64,000 nucleotides of DNA from Hydrolagus affinis (taxonomy: Eukaryota). The notes under the pieces were generated by a model, which saw nothing but the letters and a program-made list of their open reading frames with translations, was not told where the DNA came from and did not search any database. The position numbers were made by a program, and so were the translations under genes. The stretch lies in NCBI GenBank assembly GCA_012026655.1, contig JAAILG010000005.1:186001-250000 (forward strand). Direction: 5' to 3'. Positions 11,291 to 23,620 of this stretch are shown in pieces (position 1 is the stretch's first letter; each line of letters opens with the position of its first letter).

Positions 11291-12254
11291 GCTCCTGAAA
11301 CACATGTCAACTAAGGAAGACCATCCCCTTCATGGGCTGAACCTAGCAGGATGGCCTATGCCAATAGTACTACAGTATTTGGTTTACCTGACCGCTCAGG
11401 TTAGAGAGCTTCTAATGCAACCAAAAGTGTTTTATGGCATTAATAGAACATTATGGAAGAAGCAGCAAATGTATTTTACTCTGCTAAGTTCTGATTATTT
11501 TATAGCAAGCAACGCATCTTTTTGAACCTCTCCCCTTTGTTGCTTTCTCTGAACCTCAAACCCACCACCCCACCTCCCTCCCCACCACCCCTCCCTGCCA
11601 CTGCTCCAGATTTCTACGGAGATTATGAAAGAAAGAAGGACTAAAAACAAATGTATTTCCTGTATGAAGCAAAGTGCATTCAGCATTTCAATCGCAGACG
11701 TTACATAAAATGACAGATGGCTAAAAGAGCACTAGACAGAGGAAAAAAATATAGAGGGATTGGAACTGGTGACAAGGTTCCAATACACTTAGGATGATGT
11801 CATAAAATGTGAGAGCAAACTTGAGGAGTTTGTAAAAATTGCTCCAAACGCCAGGAGTGCTGGTTACACATCTGAACACATTCAAGCCATCTTTTACTAT
11901 ATAATGTACTGTACAGAACCTAACTTTGCTTTTCTCCAGCTGGGTGGTAAACTAGTCGGGATGGGAGGTGGGGGGGAGGTTAAAAGTTTATGACTCTAGT
12001 ACAGGGATGTGTGGTCTTCTCACAGAAGAGGAAGAGAAGGCTTTACTGAAAAATTGAATAATATTTTTATTAATAAAAGTATTAATACGCTTCCTGTCAT
12101 ATCACAGTGCTCCCTTACAAAGACCAGACTTTTCCCGTGAACGACTTATGTCTTTTATTGAAAGACTATCCCGTGTGCCCCATAACAGCGAACACACCAC
12201 CTGGAAAAAACATGAGAAGAGTGTGGCCAGTTATTGAAAATAATTGCATGCCAG

Positions 12255-12970
12255 CTCCCCAGTGGCTCAGTTAATAAAATCACTGCTTGGTGTGAAACTG
12301 ACCCATACAGAAATGGAATGTCCAAGGCCAAACCATGGTCTGTACTATCTAATCTCAGAATGCCGGGGATTGGGGAAAGTTTGGGCAGACACGGGTAGTC
12401 CAGGGCTGCATTGTCAGAGGTGCTGTCCTTCTGAGGAGATATTAAACCAAGGAGGGCTCATCTGACTGTTCAGGTACACGTGGTAGGTAGGTACATACAC
12501 ACACACACTTACGTATGTACATACATACATAGATACATATCCCATGGCACTATTCGAAAGGGAAAAACAAGATTCTAGCCAAATATTCCCCAGATAAAAT
12601 CAGTAATTTTCATGGTTGTGTGTGGAACATTGCTGTGTGCAAATTAGCTTCAAGTTCGCCTACAAATACATTCATTACTGTCACTTTGAGATGTTGCAAT
12701 GACGTGATAATGTACCATATTAAAATCTTAAATGCAAGGATTGTTATATTATTTAAAACAGCCTGGGTTCCTGCTCCTGTCACTATCCCAGTGATGCTGT
12801 GGGATAGTCTGTGTGGGTGGATGCTAGGGATGGCAGGATTATGCTCAGCTGTGGTCAAATAGTCTGCTGATATGAACAATGGCTTCTTGGCTGGGGTATT
12901 GGAAGAGACATCATCCCCATGAAACATTACCTCAGTGTGAGTCAACAACTCCAGGGGAGGAGAGAGAAAA
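12255..12970 (+). mobile_element. Old AmnSINE2-like SINE split by a Deu-domain SINE (~12400-12730)
   Basis: The head (gtggctcagtt...ccatacaga...ggtctgt) and body (cagcctgggttcctgctcctg...gtgagtcaacaactccaggggagg) flank a Deu-like segment (gcattgtcagaggtgctgtcct...ttaaacc...cccatggcactattcgaa). Family names come from recalled consensus sequences. Confidence 0.6.
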
Positions 12971-13020
12971 GATAAATAATTGAAGCTGTACATCAGGTTT
13001 TGGAACCAGCAGTTTGCACC

Positions 13021-13060
13021 TATATATATATTATATATATATATATATATATAAATATAT
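13021..13060. repeat. (TA)n microsatellite
   Basis: Directly visible. Confidence 0.9.
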
Positions 13061-13369
13061 AAAACATAGTTAATAGTGCTCTCTATATAAGAATGTAATT
13101 CTTCTATTCCACAATAATGTAATTCATTTCCTACATGATAATTGCTTATAATAGTTTGTCTAACACATTGGATTGAGTGTGGGATATTGTACTCATTGGA
13201 CACCTATCCCTATTTTTACACTTAATTTAAAAATTTAATTATTGTTCATCTATATTTTGGTTTGTGGAAATGGATCTTTTTTCTAAATTGAGGCTTCCCA
13301 AGGTCAAGTATAGCTCAGCCAGAAAGAGATTATAACATTCTCTTTCTTCATCCAAGATGTTGTCTAAAC

Positions 13370-13790
13370 CCCAAAGTTGAATCCTTAGTCTGTGTTGATT
13401 TAGCTAGGTTTAGCTAGGGCACTATAATTGGTTTCAGAATACTCAGGTTGGGGAGAAGCACAATAATGCAAGGTTCCCACTCCTGGTCATTATCTAAGGA
13501 TGTTTACTTTGGATCTAGGGAAAGAAACGGTAACTGGATGAGGACAGGGTTGGACTCAGCAGCGATGAAGATCTACCTGTGGTCACCTCCCCATTGTCCC
13601 TTGACCAACCCTGCCACTGTGCAGCAGATGATATCCTGCGTGAAGATCATTATATTAAAAGCAAGTTGTTATTGATGCCCTTCCTAGTGGTAAAGCTTGC
13701 CAACACTCACTATCTCAGCTTTACACATGAAGAAGGGCCACCCAATCCTTCAGATCATTGGCCAACGCACCTGGACCCATACCAAAGAGA
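13370..13790 (+). mobile_element. AmnSINE2-like old SINE with an internal LINE-tail insertion
   Basis: tctgtgttgatttagct...ctataattgg...ggttcccactcctg...gaggacagg...ccaacactcact...acacatgaagaagggcca. Confidence 0.55.
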
Positions 13791-14699
13791 AGGAAACAAA
13801 CATTTGCACTATAAAAGGATGCAACCATGGGCTGAATTTTGAATTTTGGTGGGGATAAAAAGGAATTTGATAGTAAATCTGCTGATCTACCAGCCAAGCA
13901 CTAGCGTAGCATTTCTTTCCTTGTGGGACAGCGGTAAATTTACTTGTGGTAAATTCAGCTGCACAAGCAGATCCAAGTTGAAATCATGCTAAAAGACCCA
14001 TAAATGAGCTACTTGACCTTTGCAAGTGAGTCTAGCATAGTTTCCGCAGGCAGTAAGCTCAGAAAAATGGCAAGGGAAAAGTAAGGGAAAAAACACACCC
14101 TTGGGAGGCTGAGGTCAATATTCTGGTGAAATTGGTTCACTTCACACAAAACATACAGCAACACCTTGCGTGGATCATGCAGTTAAGCAGACACTTCTCC
14201 CCACCCCCTCTCGCAAACACACACACACAAATCGTTCAAAATGGGTTCAGAAAAACTGCATGAATCATTCAAATTATGTCACAAACCACTATAGAAAATA
14301 TTGTACAATTAGATAATACTGCATAAGTGAATTTAAAAGACAATAAAAGGTATCTCTTCTACGAATGTAGAAATACCCACAAATGTTTAGTGCGGTGAAG
14401 TGTCCATGGAAGTCTCAAACTCAGCCATATAGACACATGGTACCTTGTGAGAGGCTGATATAATCTATACTGAAGGTATGATACCTCCATATTTTAAGGG
14501 TCTCTAATCGCAAGTTACCTGCTTGACAAAACGCAGCCTAGGAAACCTGAATCAGTAACAAAGATATGTGATAATCCATTGTGGAACTAGGGAGAGCAGA
14601 AGGGGTGGCTTAACCACTGTAGTCAATAGTCTAGGCGTCTAGTTATAGAAAGTTTTGCAGCTTAAACCCAATCAGACAAATATGTTTTAAAAACTGACT

Positions 14700-15035
14700 T
14701 TTTCTTTCCATTAGGATATGATCCCAAAGATTGTAGGCACCCTCCAATTGCTCATAAAAATGGCCATTGTTCACTTATGGCCTATGACGGTCACTGTGAG
14801 CAGGATAAGGGCATCACAGCCAAGCCCCTCCCATTCTTCACCAGTGCCCACACCACCTGGTCGCTCAGCTGGGTTTTCTGGATAGAGATGAGGAGCAGAT
14901 CCCCAGGCTAACTATTCCCATTCCAACCTAATGATATCAAGTTCAATTATAAACTTTAGTTGAGCTTGGCTGAAGTCAGCTAACTCAGCATAGACTGGGA
15001 CTCTGTCTTTGGTGTGGCCCATTTAGCCATTGTGT
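14700..15035 (-). mobile_element. AmnSINE2-like old SINE
   Basis: Reverse-complement motifs tcagctaactcagcataga, ggagcag and ggcatcacagccaagccc are shared with other copies. Confidence 0.55.
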
Positions 15036-17062
15036 GTGAGTCTGTGGGGTGGGGAGTGGGTGGGGTAGGAGCAGACTTTACTCAATGGAATAGATATACG
15101 GTACTGTACATCTAAACCAAATACTGTACATGGAGCTATACAAGTAACTATACCAACTAGCATATACATCTTCTGCATGCACCTTACGAGAACCTCTAAG
15201 TCAGAGCTTCCACAGAGATAACAAATGTTTCAGTGCTAAAATGTTGGAGGAGCTTCAAGCACTGCAGCAAGTAAAGTGTTCCTCAGCTCTGGGTTTGATT
15301 CCATCTAAGGTTTCAGCCTCATTCCAAGTAGTCAAATTGAGCTATAATCAAAAGAAGTAGGTTAGGCAAAAATACTGTACTTAAATGTTATTATAAACAG
15401 CTATTTTCTCAGAGAAGTAGCAAGCAAGCTGTTGACCTTTTTTCCACGGAACCTCGTAACCTAGAAATGGCTGCAAAACAAATCTTGCACTTATTTTGTT
15501 TAACAATTCCAGTGGTATCTCTGTGTTTTTTTATAAAAAAAAGTTCAGTGACTGCAGATTATTTCGAGCCAAGTAATTACTAAGGGACAGGAAAATTGGT
15601 CTTTGCTCCTCTCCACTGCCTTTCTGTGTGCTGCTGCTGTTCAAAGGGGATATGATACTGGGATAGGCACTTTTAGGGCGTAATGGCGATATTAAAACAA
15701 ACTTCAAGTTACAGTATATTAAATAGTCTAAGAGCAATATACTGTATTGTGATTTGGCTCTTTTCCTTGCCTTTCCATCCCTCAATTATTAGCTGAATTG
15801 GCTTTTCTTTTAATGATTCTTGCACTGCCAGTGATTAATGCCAAAATGGAAATGTAAAACTGATGGTAATTGGAGCACAACTATACATCTCCTTTCCAAA
15901 AAATAATTACCGATGGTGTCAAGGCTACCCAAACCTACTAAATTATAAAAGCTAGGTCCAGGCCATTTATAATTTAGGCGCAGACCCAAATCATCCGAGA
16001 GAGAAAAATTTCAAAACTCTCACTTAATGGAATAACAGATGGAGACCTTTAACAAATGGTTTATCTCACTAGCAGTGAAGATTAATTTTAAAGACACATT
16101 GCATACAGTTAACTCTTCAAAGAGCTTACAAATATGGATATGGAATAATAAAAGATCATGCTTTACCATTGAGTTCCATCAACTCTTTTATGGGGACACC
16201 AACCAACCATGAGTGAATGTCCAAGAAGATTAAAGTTCTGTGAAATTTCTCCTGGATCTCCAAGACTAATCAAGCAAAACGCCAATAATTCATCTACAAT
16301 TTTGTCACTATTCCTTATTCTCTATTTATGAATGAGAGAAGCAAAAACCTTGTGCTTTAATTGAGAAATACCATCCAATTGAAATGATAGAAGAATAGTT
16401 GAGCCTGTGGGAGTAGATGTCTGTTCACTTCATTCATAGATGCTGTAAGAGTTGTCTTGGGTAGTGTGCAAAGATTATTATTTTCATACTGTCTATACAG
16501 TTCCTAACTGCCACAACAAGAAATTGATCATAATTTGTCGTCGGCTGGTGGGTGATTCAGAGACCACAAGCCTTGCTGGCTGGTGCAGAAAGTGGAAATG
16601 TCCCACTGGTGTATTAGGGGCAATTTTCGGAGGTTGTGGTTTAGTTGAGAGCACTTCACGTTGCAACCAAGCCATTCAACACATGCTTGATGCTTATATT
16701 AGATAGCAAAGAGAGAAATGTTTTCCATTCCTCAGCATAGATATCCCTCACCCTGTCAAATGCATAACAATGATTAGATAAAGCTGTAACTTGCTTTTGT
16801 TGGGATTGTTGTTAAGTAGAACAACCTGTATTTTTATGTAATGATTTCAGTAAGGTATATTCTGTGAATTTAAATGATCACATACAATTTAATTTTAATC
16901 ACGGTTTGAAGTCCGCATAATCTTTTGGGGCCTTAGTGTATAACAATCATTATGGCATCAACCAATACTAGAGAGTTTCCCATTTCATAGCCAGTTGAAG
17001 CCTTGTGGGTTGATATATAGCATTGGCAGTAATGCCATTGATTTAGCACTAAACCTCTACTA

Positions 17063-17575
17063 AAACAACAATAAAATTATATTTATATAGCGCCTTTCAC
17101 ATCAGGAGGATGTCCCAAGGTGCTGAACAGTCAATGTTTCAAACCCGAGCTGGAGTCGGGAACGGGGAGGGTGGAGGGAGGGAAAGGAGGGGATTTGGGG
17201 TGACCGATGGGACCATGAAAGAGGAGGATCTTGAGGCGGGATTTGAAGGAGGCCAGGGAGGGGGCGAGATGGAGGGACTGTAGGATGGAATTCCAGAGAT
17301 TAGGGGCAGAATGGCTGAAGGGTCACCAACCAGCGATGGGGCGGGTGGGTCAGGGGACATGGAGCGGGCTGGAGCCCGCTGAGTGGAGGGAGTGGGCAGA
17401 TTGGTAGGGGGTTAGGAGGTCACAGAGGTAGGGTGGGGCAAGGCCGTGGAGGGCTTTGAAGGTGAGGAGTAGGATCTTGAAATGAATCCTCTGGGTGATG
17501 GGGAGCCAATGGAGTCGGGCGAGAATGGGGGAGGTGGGGATATGGAGCTTGGAGCAATAGAGGACAGGGACCGCA
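17063..17575 (-). mobile_element. L2-clade LINE 3' fragment (ORF2 C-terminus and 3' tail)
   Basis: Translates LARLHWLPITQRIHFKILLLTFKALHGLAPPYLCDLLTPY, a typical L2 ORF2 end; tail tgaaaggcgctatataaa...(TTG)n. Confidence 0.9.
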
Positions 17576-17989
17576 GTACTTACACTTACATTAAAATCAT
17601 CCAATCCCTTACTCTTTACCAGGTGCAGTAAGGAAACCTAATTAGTTCAATGAACCAGAAATGAGTCACTTGACCTCTGAAAATGCACTGCAAGGGTACT
17701 ACTCTAGCTGAAAGCTTTGGAAAATGTTGAGATCCAAAGCAAGGAAACCCCACTTCAGAGAAGCCAAAGGAGATCTTCTGATTAAAGTCTCCTTGTGATG
17801 AGCAACATTCACAATCCAAGCCAAACCCCGACCACTGGGACAGCCTGAGAGCAAATCACAACATTTATAATTACAGTCTTAAAGAACTAAAGGGGACTGA
17901 GACGACTGCCAAAAGTGATTTAATATCAAGAAGCCTGCAAAGGAAAATACAGCTTATATTGGCAGTGCAGAAGAGCAATTGCAGTAGAG

Positions 17990-18110
17990 TCCCTGAAGGC
18001 AGGAAGGGACAAACCAAGTAACTATAGGCCAGTGAGTTTAAAGTCAGTAGTGGGAAATTTGTCAGAATCCATCATCAGGTTGGAGTAAGGAAGCACTTGA
18101 ATAAGTAAAG
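17990..18110 (+). mobile_element. Degenerate CR1-type ORF2 fragment
   Basis: aactataggccagtgagtttaaagtcagtagtgggaaatttgtcagaatccatcatc encodes NYRPVSLKSVVGNLSESII, the NYRPVSL motif at the start of the RT domain. Confidence 0.65.
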
Positions 18111-18344
18111 GGCAACCCTGTTATTAAGCTTCTCGCTTGAATAAAATATTGCTTGGAATACAGAGTTCCTATGGATACTGTATCCATGTTTGTAGAATAC
18201 ACTGAGCAATGGGCTATGGGTAACAGCTGGCCATTTTACAAACCTGGTTCTTCAGATTTCATTGAATGGACCTTAAATGTTACCTCAAATTTTCCAAACC
18301 AGGGATTACTGACTTGATAGCTGCAAGTGGAGACCTGTAGCAGG

Positions 18345-18715
18345 TGGAGTTCCCATAGCTCAGTGGTTAGAGCACTCGCCTCGCAAGCGAGAGACTTGGG
18401 TTGTATTCCTGGGAGGGCAAAATGTTGGGCACGTTTCTTACTCCACATGCCTCTGCTTACCCAGCAGTTACTAGGAACCCAGTTGGTAGTCGATTGGTTG
18501 ATAGTTTTTCCGGAGATAATAATCCTTTTAAAAAAATTATAATTTGGTCACTGAATCTCTGACTATTTGCGGACACTGCTGTGCACAATTGGCTACCACT
18601 TTGTGCCCACAAATATACAGTCAATTCACTTTACAGTATATTCTGCAAAGCTCTTTGAGACATCTAGAAGACTTGAAAAGCGCAATATCAAACGCAAGGA
18701 TTATTATTATTAATT
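18345..18715 (+). mobile_element. tRNA-derived SINE, full length, long variant
   Basis: Head tagctcagtggttagagcactcgcctcgcaagc, central segment ctctgcttacccagcag, L2-like tail with (ATT)n. Confidence 0.9.
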
Positions 18716-19723
18716 AATGCAGCAAATCTATACTATGAACAAACGAGACCCTGTTGTCTTGAATCATATTAAAACCAGTCAGGGAATAGCGCTGCAATCC
18801 ACCTAGCCCAGTGAATAGATTAATAAGAATTCCCCTTTTAATGCTCTTGTCTAAAATTTGCAACAAGTTTGAAATAAAAGAAACCCTATGAATCTAAGAA
18901 CATTTGTACGATAACTCACTTGTGGAAAGAAAATGTTTTAGAAATCCATGCAGTATCTTGCAATGTTACTATCATATAGATTCTTCGAAAGGCCAGTAAC
19001 AAACTGGCTGATTTGGCAGAGAATGAGATACATTCTCTTTGGACTTAAGGTTAAAAAAAAATTGATCAAGTGTAACATCTGTAAAAATGGACTGTAAATT
19101 GTCGAGCTTCACAAGCAAAAGGTAACATCAAAATGTACACTATCTTTTGAACATTGGCATTGAATACATGGAAGTAAATCATTGTGGGAGCTGTTATTCA
19201 GTCAAGAATGTAATTACATACCTTCAAATAAAACTTAAAAGGACACAACAAGTTATAAAATGTATGTTTTCAGCAGGAGGCATAAAGGAATGTCAAGAAG
19301 GTAAAAAATGCTAACATCCTCATGTTGGCTTCTATCTGAGGATTAAAAGCAAATACTTAAATTCCAAAGGAATATGTAGCTAAGTGCAGGTATGTAAATA
19401 CAGTACCTCTCCGGTAGTCATTATAGTGGTTAAAGTTTTAGTTTTATTATAACATAGAAAAGTTCAAGTTATTTGTTTATCATTTAGAAATATTTTTTTA
19501 CTGTTTACACCTTCAACTAGAAGAGCTCAATGGCCTGGGCCCCAAACACCTTCACCTTTCTCCTCAATGCTGCTCTGACTTTGGTTGGCAGAAGCCTCTG
19601 GGAGGCAGGACTGATCATGTATGGTTATTCACTGTGTTGCCTCCAAAAGCCAAAATTGCTGAAGACAGAACTGGAATGTGCATGATCTGGTCAACCCCAA
19701 CTGAGATCAGCTAATTCATCATC

Positions 19724-19985
19724 ACAACAAACAACAAAATTACATTTATAGAGTGTCTTTCACGTCGGGAGGGCGCTGAACGATGCTGAAAGCGCTGTAC
19801 AGCGCCTTGGGACGTCCTCCCGACGTGAAAGGCGCTCTATAAATGTAATTTGTTGTTGTTGTTGTTACAGTCAGATCGGGAATCGAGCACCGGGTAGGGG
19901 GAAGGGGAAGGAGAGTAAGAGAGGTGGAAGAGTTAGGAGGAAAGTGGAAGGCACGGTCGAAGAGGAAGGTCTTGAGACTTTTCAA
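19724..19985. mobile_element. L2 3' fragment (minus) carrying a second, inverted L2 tail; forms a hairpin
   Basis: LKTFLFDRAF L2 end on the minus strand; arms 19724-19772 and 19816-19866 are near-perfect reverse complements. Confidence 0.85.
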
Positions 19986-20894
19986 CGGCCTGATAAGACG
20001 CTCTATCAACTGCACGGATTGTTTTTACTATGATAATCAAGGGATGAATAAACAGCCGATTGAAAAATAAATTTCACAGAAAAATAATAATGACTGAGGT
20101 CTGTAGATGGTTCACCTGGTAAATTCTGAGAAATTGGAAAACTGGAGATGTACTATCTGAACTCAAACTTATTAAATGGTCACTTGGGTTTATTGTCAAA
20201 CAGCAGGTGGCACCCATGGAACTAGACCCAAATATTAGAGAAATGGAAAGGAAAGACATTGAACCAAAGCAGTCACATTTGTATTGAAAATAATTCATAG
20301 TTTCAGATTTTTGTTTAAAAAAAGCTGTCTTTAGAAAAACCCTTCTCTGTTCTGCCCCTGCAAGGATATAAAGTATTTTCTGATTCTCATGGAGTGATTC
20401 CCTGAACAACTAAATGTTAAGTAAGGATTGTTCCAGCATACAATTGTTATCATATAACTAAATGAAACCAGCTGGTATTGAAAATTCACATTACAAAATG
20501 TGTTTGTATTAACTATGACATGTGTATGTTATTTCAAAGTATAAAACAGCACTTTGAATATTAAGTGCTGAATGTCAGAGGAGCATTGTTGTCAACAAAA
20601 TGCTTTTCAGAACCCTTTATGTTTCAGGAGGAAGTGCAGCTCTGGTAAAGTTATGCCAGATGAAGTGTTAGATTAGTGCAATGAAGTGTAAATGGCAAGT
20701 GGTTGTGCCATGCAAAAAGATGATTAATGTTTTGTTTTATAAGTTACATTTATCAGCTTATCAAATTTAGTTGCTACAACCAATAAAAAGGCCGATGATA
20801 GCCAGTGAGGAGCAGGAACTTGTGAATAATAATTCCCGATGGTAATGGGATGGAAGGCATGGCAATCCATGGAAACATCAGATAGTTCAATGCA

Positions 20895-21150
20895 TAATAA
20901 TAATAATCCTTGCATTTGATATGGTGCTTTTCACATCTTCTAGACGTCTCAAAGCACTTCATGGAATACACTGTAAAGTGAATTAACTGTGGGCGAAATG
21001 CGGCAGCCAATTGCACACAGCAATGTCCCACAAACAGTCGTGGATTGAAAATGACCCATTTTTTTTTGAGGGATTATTATTAGGCATGTGGAGTACAGAA
21101 ACTTGCCCAAGGTTTCGCCCTGCCTGGAATTGAACCCAGGTTTCTTGCAT
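20895..21150 (-). mobile_element. tRNA-derived SINE, 5'-truncated short variant
   Basis: High similarity to 7542-7870. Confidence 0.88.
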
Positions 21151-21289
21151 AGATTATATTTGGAGTGGCAATCCTACATATCAGCATGACGTACATCTGA
21201 CTCTTCACAAAAAAAGGCGGTATATAAATGCAATTTGTTGTTGTTGGTAACCAGCAGGAGTTGGTTTGCTGGATCAAGCTGGGTATGAG

Positions 21290-21635
21290 CTGGCTATATT
21301 CACCTCAGAAGGTTTGAGTACTACAGTAGAACATTAAACTCATATAGTCCAGGCAGACACTCCAATACAGTGTACGGAAAGAGATGCATTACATTGATGT
21401 TAAACTGCCGTCCTTCTACCTGTTCTAAAGACCCATGGCACATACAAAATGATAAGAGAGTTTCTCCTGGTCCTCTGGCCAACAATTCCTCTAGTTAAAT
21501 TTGATTATTCACTTCACATTTTGGGATAGTGCTGAGCCAGGTGGTTGCCTTCAAAATGTACAATCATTATACTTAACATGAATCCCGTGAAGCTCTTTGA
21601 GATGTTTCAACAATATGCTATATTACATGCGAAGG
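21290..21635 (+). mobile_element. Old Deu-domain SINE
   Basis: ccaggcagacactccaatacagt...gatgttaaac...gacccatggca...gagtttctcctggtcctctggccaaca. Confidence 0.6.
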
Positions 21636-23339
21636 TGAAGAATATTATCTTCCTGTTATAATCAGTGTGATTAATCTTTGATTTAGGTTGGCCATTTTTG
21701 CATTTTTCTGATACATCAAATCATTCTATGAGGTGAATAGGGTTGTAAGATGCAACTGAATTGAACTTGAAGTCCAAAGCAAGAGCTCATCAAGATAGAT
21801 ATTGGAAGGTATTCAGATACTGATGAACTCTGCATTGCGTGGAATTAATGTTACACTCAAATCCTCTGCACAGGTGTGGTAATCTCAAAAAATGGCAACC
21901 TGCACAGTGTGCATGCTGTCACTTGTTTTAGGTTTAGCTTCAAACTTTAAAGGCAAGTTTTTTTTAAAAAAAGGAATAAAAATGTACTATTCATCCGAGG
22001 CAAAACCCATCTGTATATTAATTACAGGGTTTACCGATTTGGAGTAGTCATTTAAAACAGCTAACTCATAACTGCCTAGATTCAATATGGACTATTAGAG
22101 TATTGTGCAAGGCATATTAGTGCCCGATTTACATTCCACCTCCTGTCTGGGTGTCTTCGACAATTCATGTGGTTTCACATTCCTATTTTGTAGTCAGCCA
22201 AGCCGAGCTTGCTCTTGGATTGTTAAAACCAATCCAGAGTTCAACTGCTGTCAAAACTGTGGGAAAATTATGTCAAAGTGGTAATTATCGGAAGTCAGCA
22301 AAGTCTTCAGTAACAACATTCGAAAGGAAAATACATTCCAAACTGAATTTGACCTGACCTTAAGCAGAATTACTATCCATCTGGAATACCTACGAGGAGA
22401 TTTTCCACCACAGTTACTGTATTAAGGTTAGTATGTCCTTTATCTTGCCTGCCCTTTCTATCCCTGTGCAATCAAAAGGTTACTCTTTGAACAATTTATT
22501 TGAGGAAGTACATTTCCTGTTGCAGTTAAAAGTTACAAAAACAACCTAGGAACATGGAAAGCACATTAGAGACAATCTACAGTGATGTAAGACACAAGAG
22601 TAATTTTCATCAACAATCTTTTCACTCCTTGTGAAATGGTTAATATACTGTATTACGACCTCAACTAAATACAACAGCAATCAATACACTCACGGTTTAT
22701 ATTTGGAGAAAGTACACAATACCACGTCGCCAGTCTAAGAACGACTTACTGTCTGAACAATAGTAATTAACTACATTATGCTTCAGTGTAAGTTCAGCAC
22801 AGAGGCAAGCTCTGGTTTGGTTTCTCAATAGTAAAGATAAAACAAAACTGCCAAACATCTATCTATGTTTCAACCTGCGGAGAGGCTTACCTCATTTATT
22901 TTGAATTTCATTTTTTTTTATCCTTCCGGTGACACCTTTATGCAAAGGTTCTCCAAAGTAAGTCTTCCCCTGCTCAGCTGAACTCTACCTGTGTCTCTCA
23001 AAAATATTCCCATGGTTACTCTTGGCTTTCACGACTTTTTGTACCAACATAGGTCTGCAAGACCGATTGCGTCATGTCAGTTTTTACCTTCACATAAACT
23101 AGATATTAAAAAATATGGCAAACTGTAATGCAAATATGGAAATAGTTGATCTAATCAAATATGTCTTATAACAACCAATATTGGATCAACTTGATTTTTT
23201 AGCTGGAGACAATTGAAAAATCACACCAGTTGAGAAATAACATAATTATAATCCGACTCCATTGAATAATTTTTTTCTAGTACAGTAATTCTTCCATCAA
23301 ACAAATGATTTGCTTACCCAAACAGTAGTAAGGTTATTG

Positions 23340-23620
23340 CAGTAGGCCTATCAGCAGGGGTTAATCTGCTAGGTTTCCCACTCCTCATTTTTGTCCAATG
23401 ATCCCTGCTGAAAAGTAGGTTTGTGTGGCTGTCAGTTGAATACAAGGATCAAGCTCCACTGTGACACCCATCAAATATGAATTGCCTGCCAACCCTTGTA
23501 ACCTGGGCTGCCCTTACAACATTAAGAATGGATGGAGTGAATGAGATACCAGAGGGTGACTAGCACCTATGGAACTGTACCCCGCATAAACACTGGGAAT
23601 TCAGGAGAGGATTGGTGGGG
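23340..23620 (+). mobile_element. AmnSINE2-like old SINE
   Basis: ccctgctgaaaagt...aatatgaattgcctgccaac...aagaatgg...atggaactgtacccc...ttcaggagagg. Confidence 0.55.

Noticed and set aside
12610-13203. 197-aa minus-strand ORF
   Set aside because: Runs across a (TA)n tract and antisense SINE sequence and has no protein-like motifs.
18345-18420. tRNA-Ala-like sequence; also ~7800-7870
   Set aside because: SINE heads with a decayed acceptor stem and B box, continuous with the SINE body and tail; not tRNA genes.
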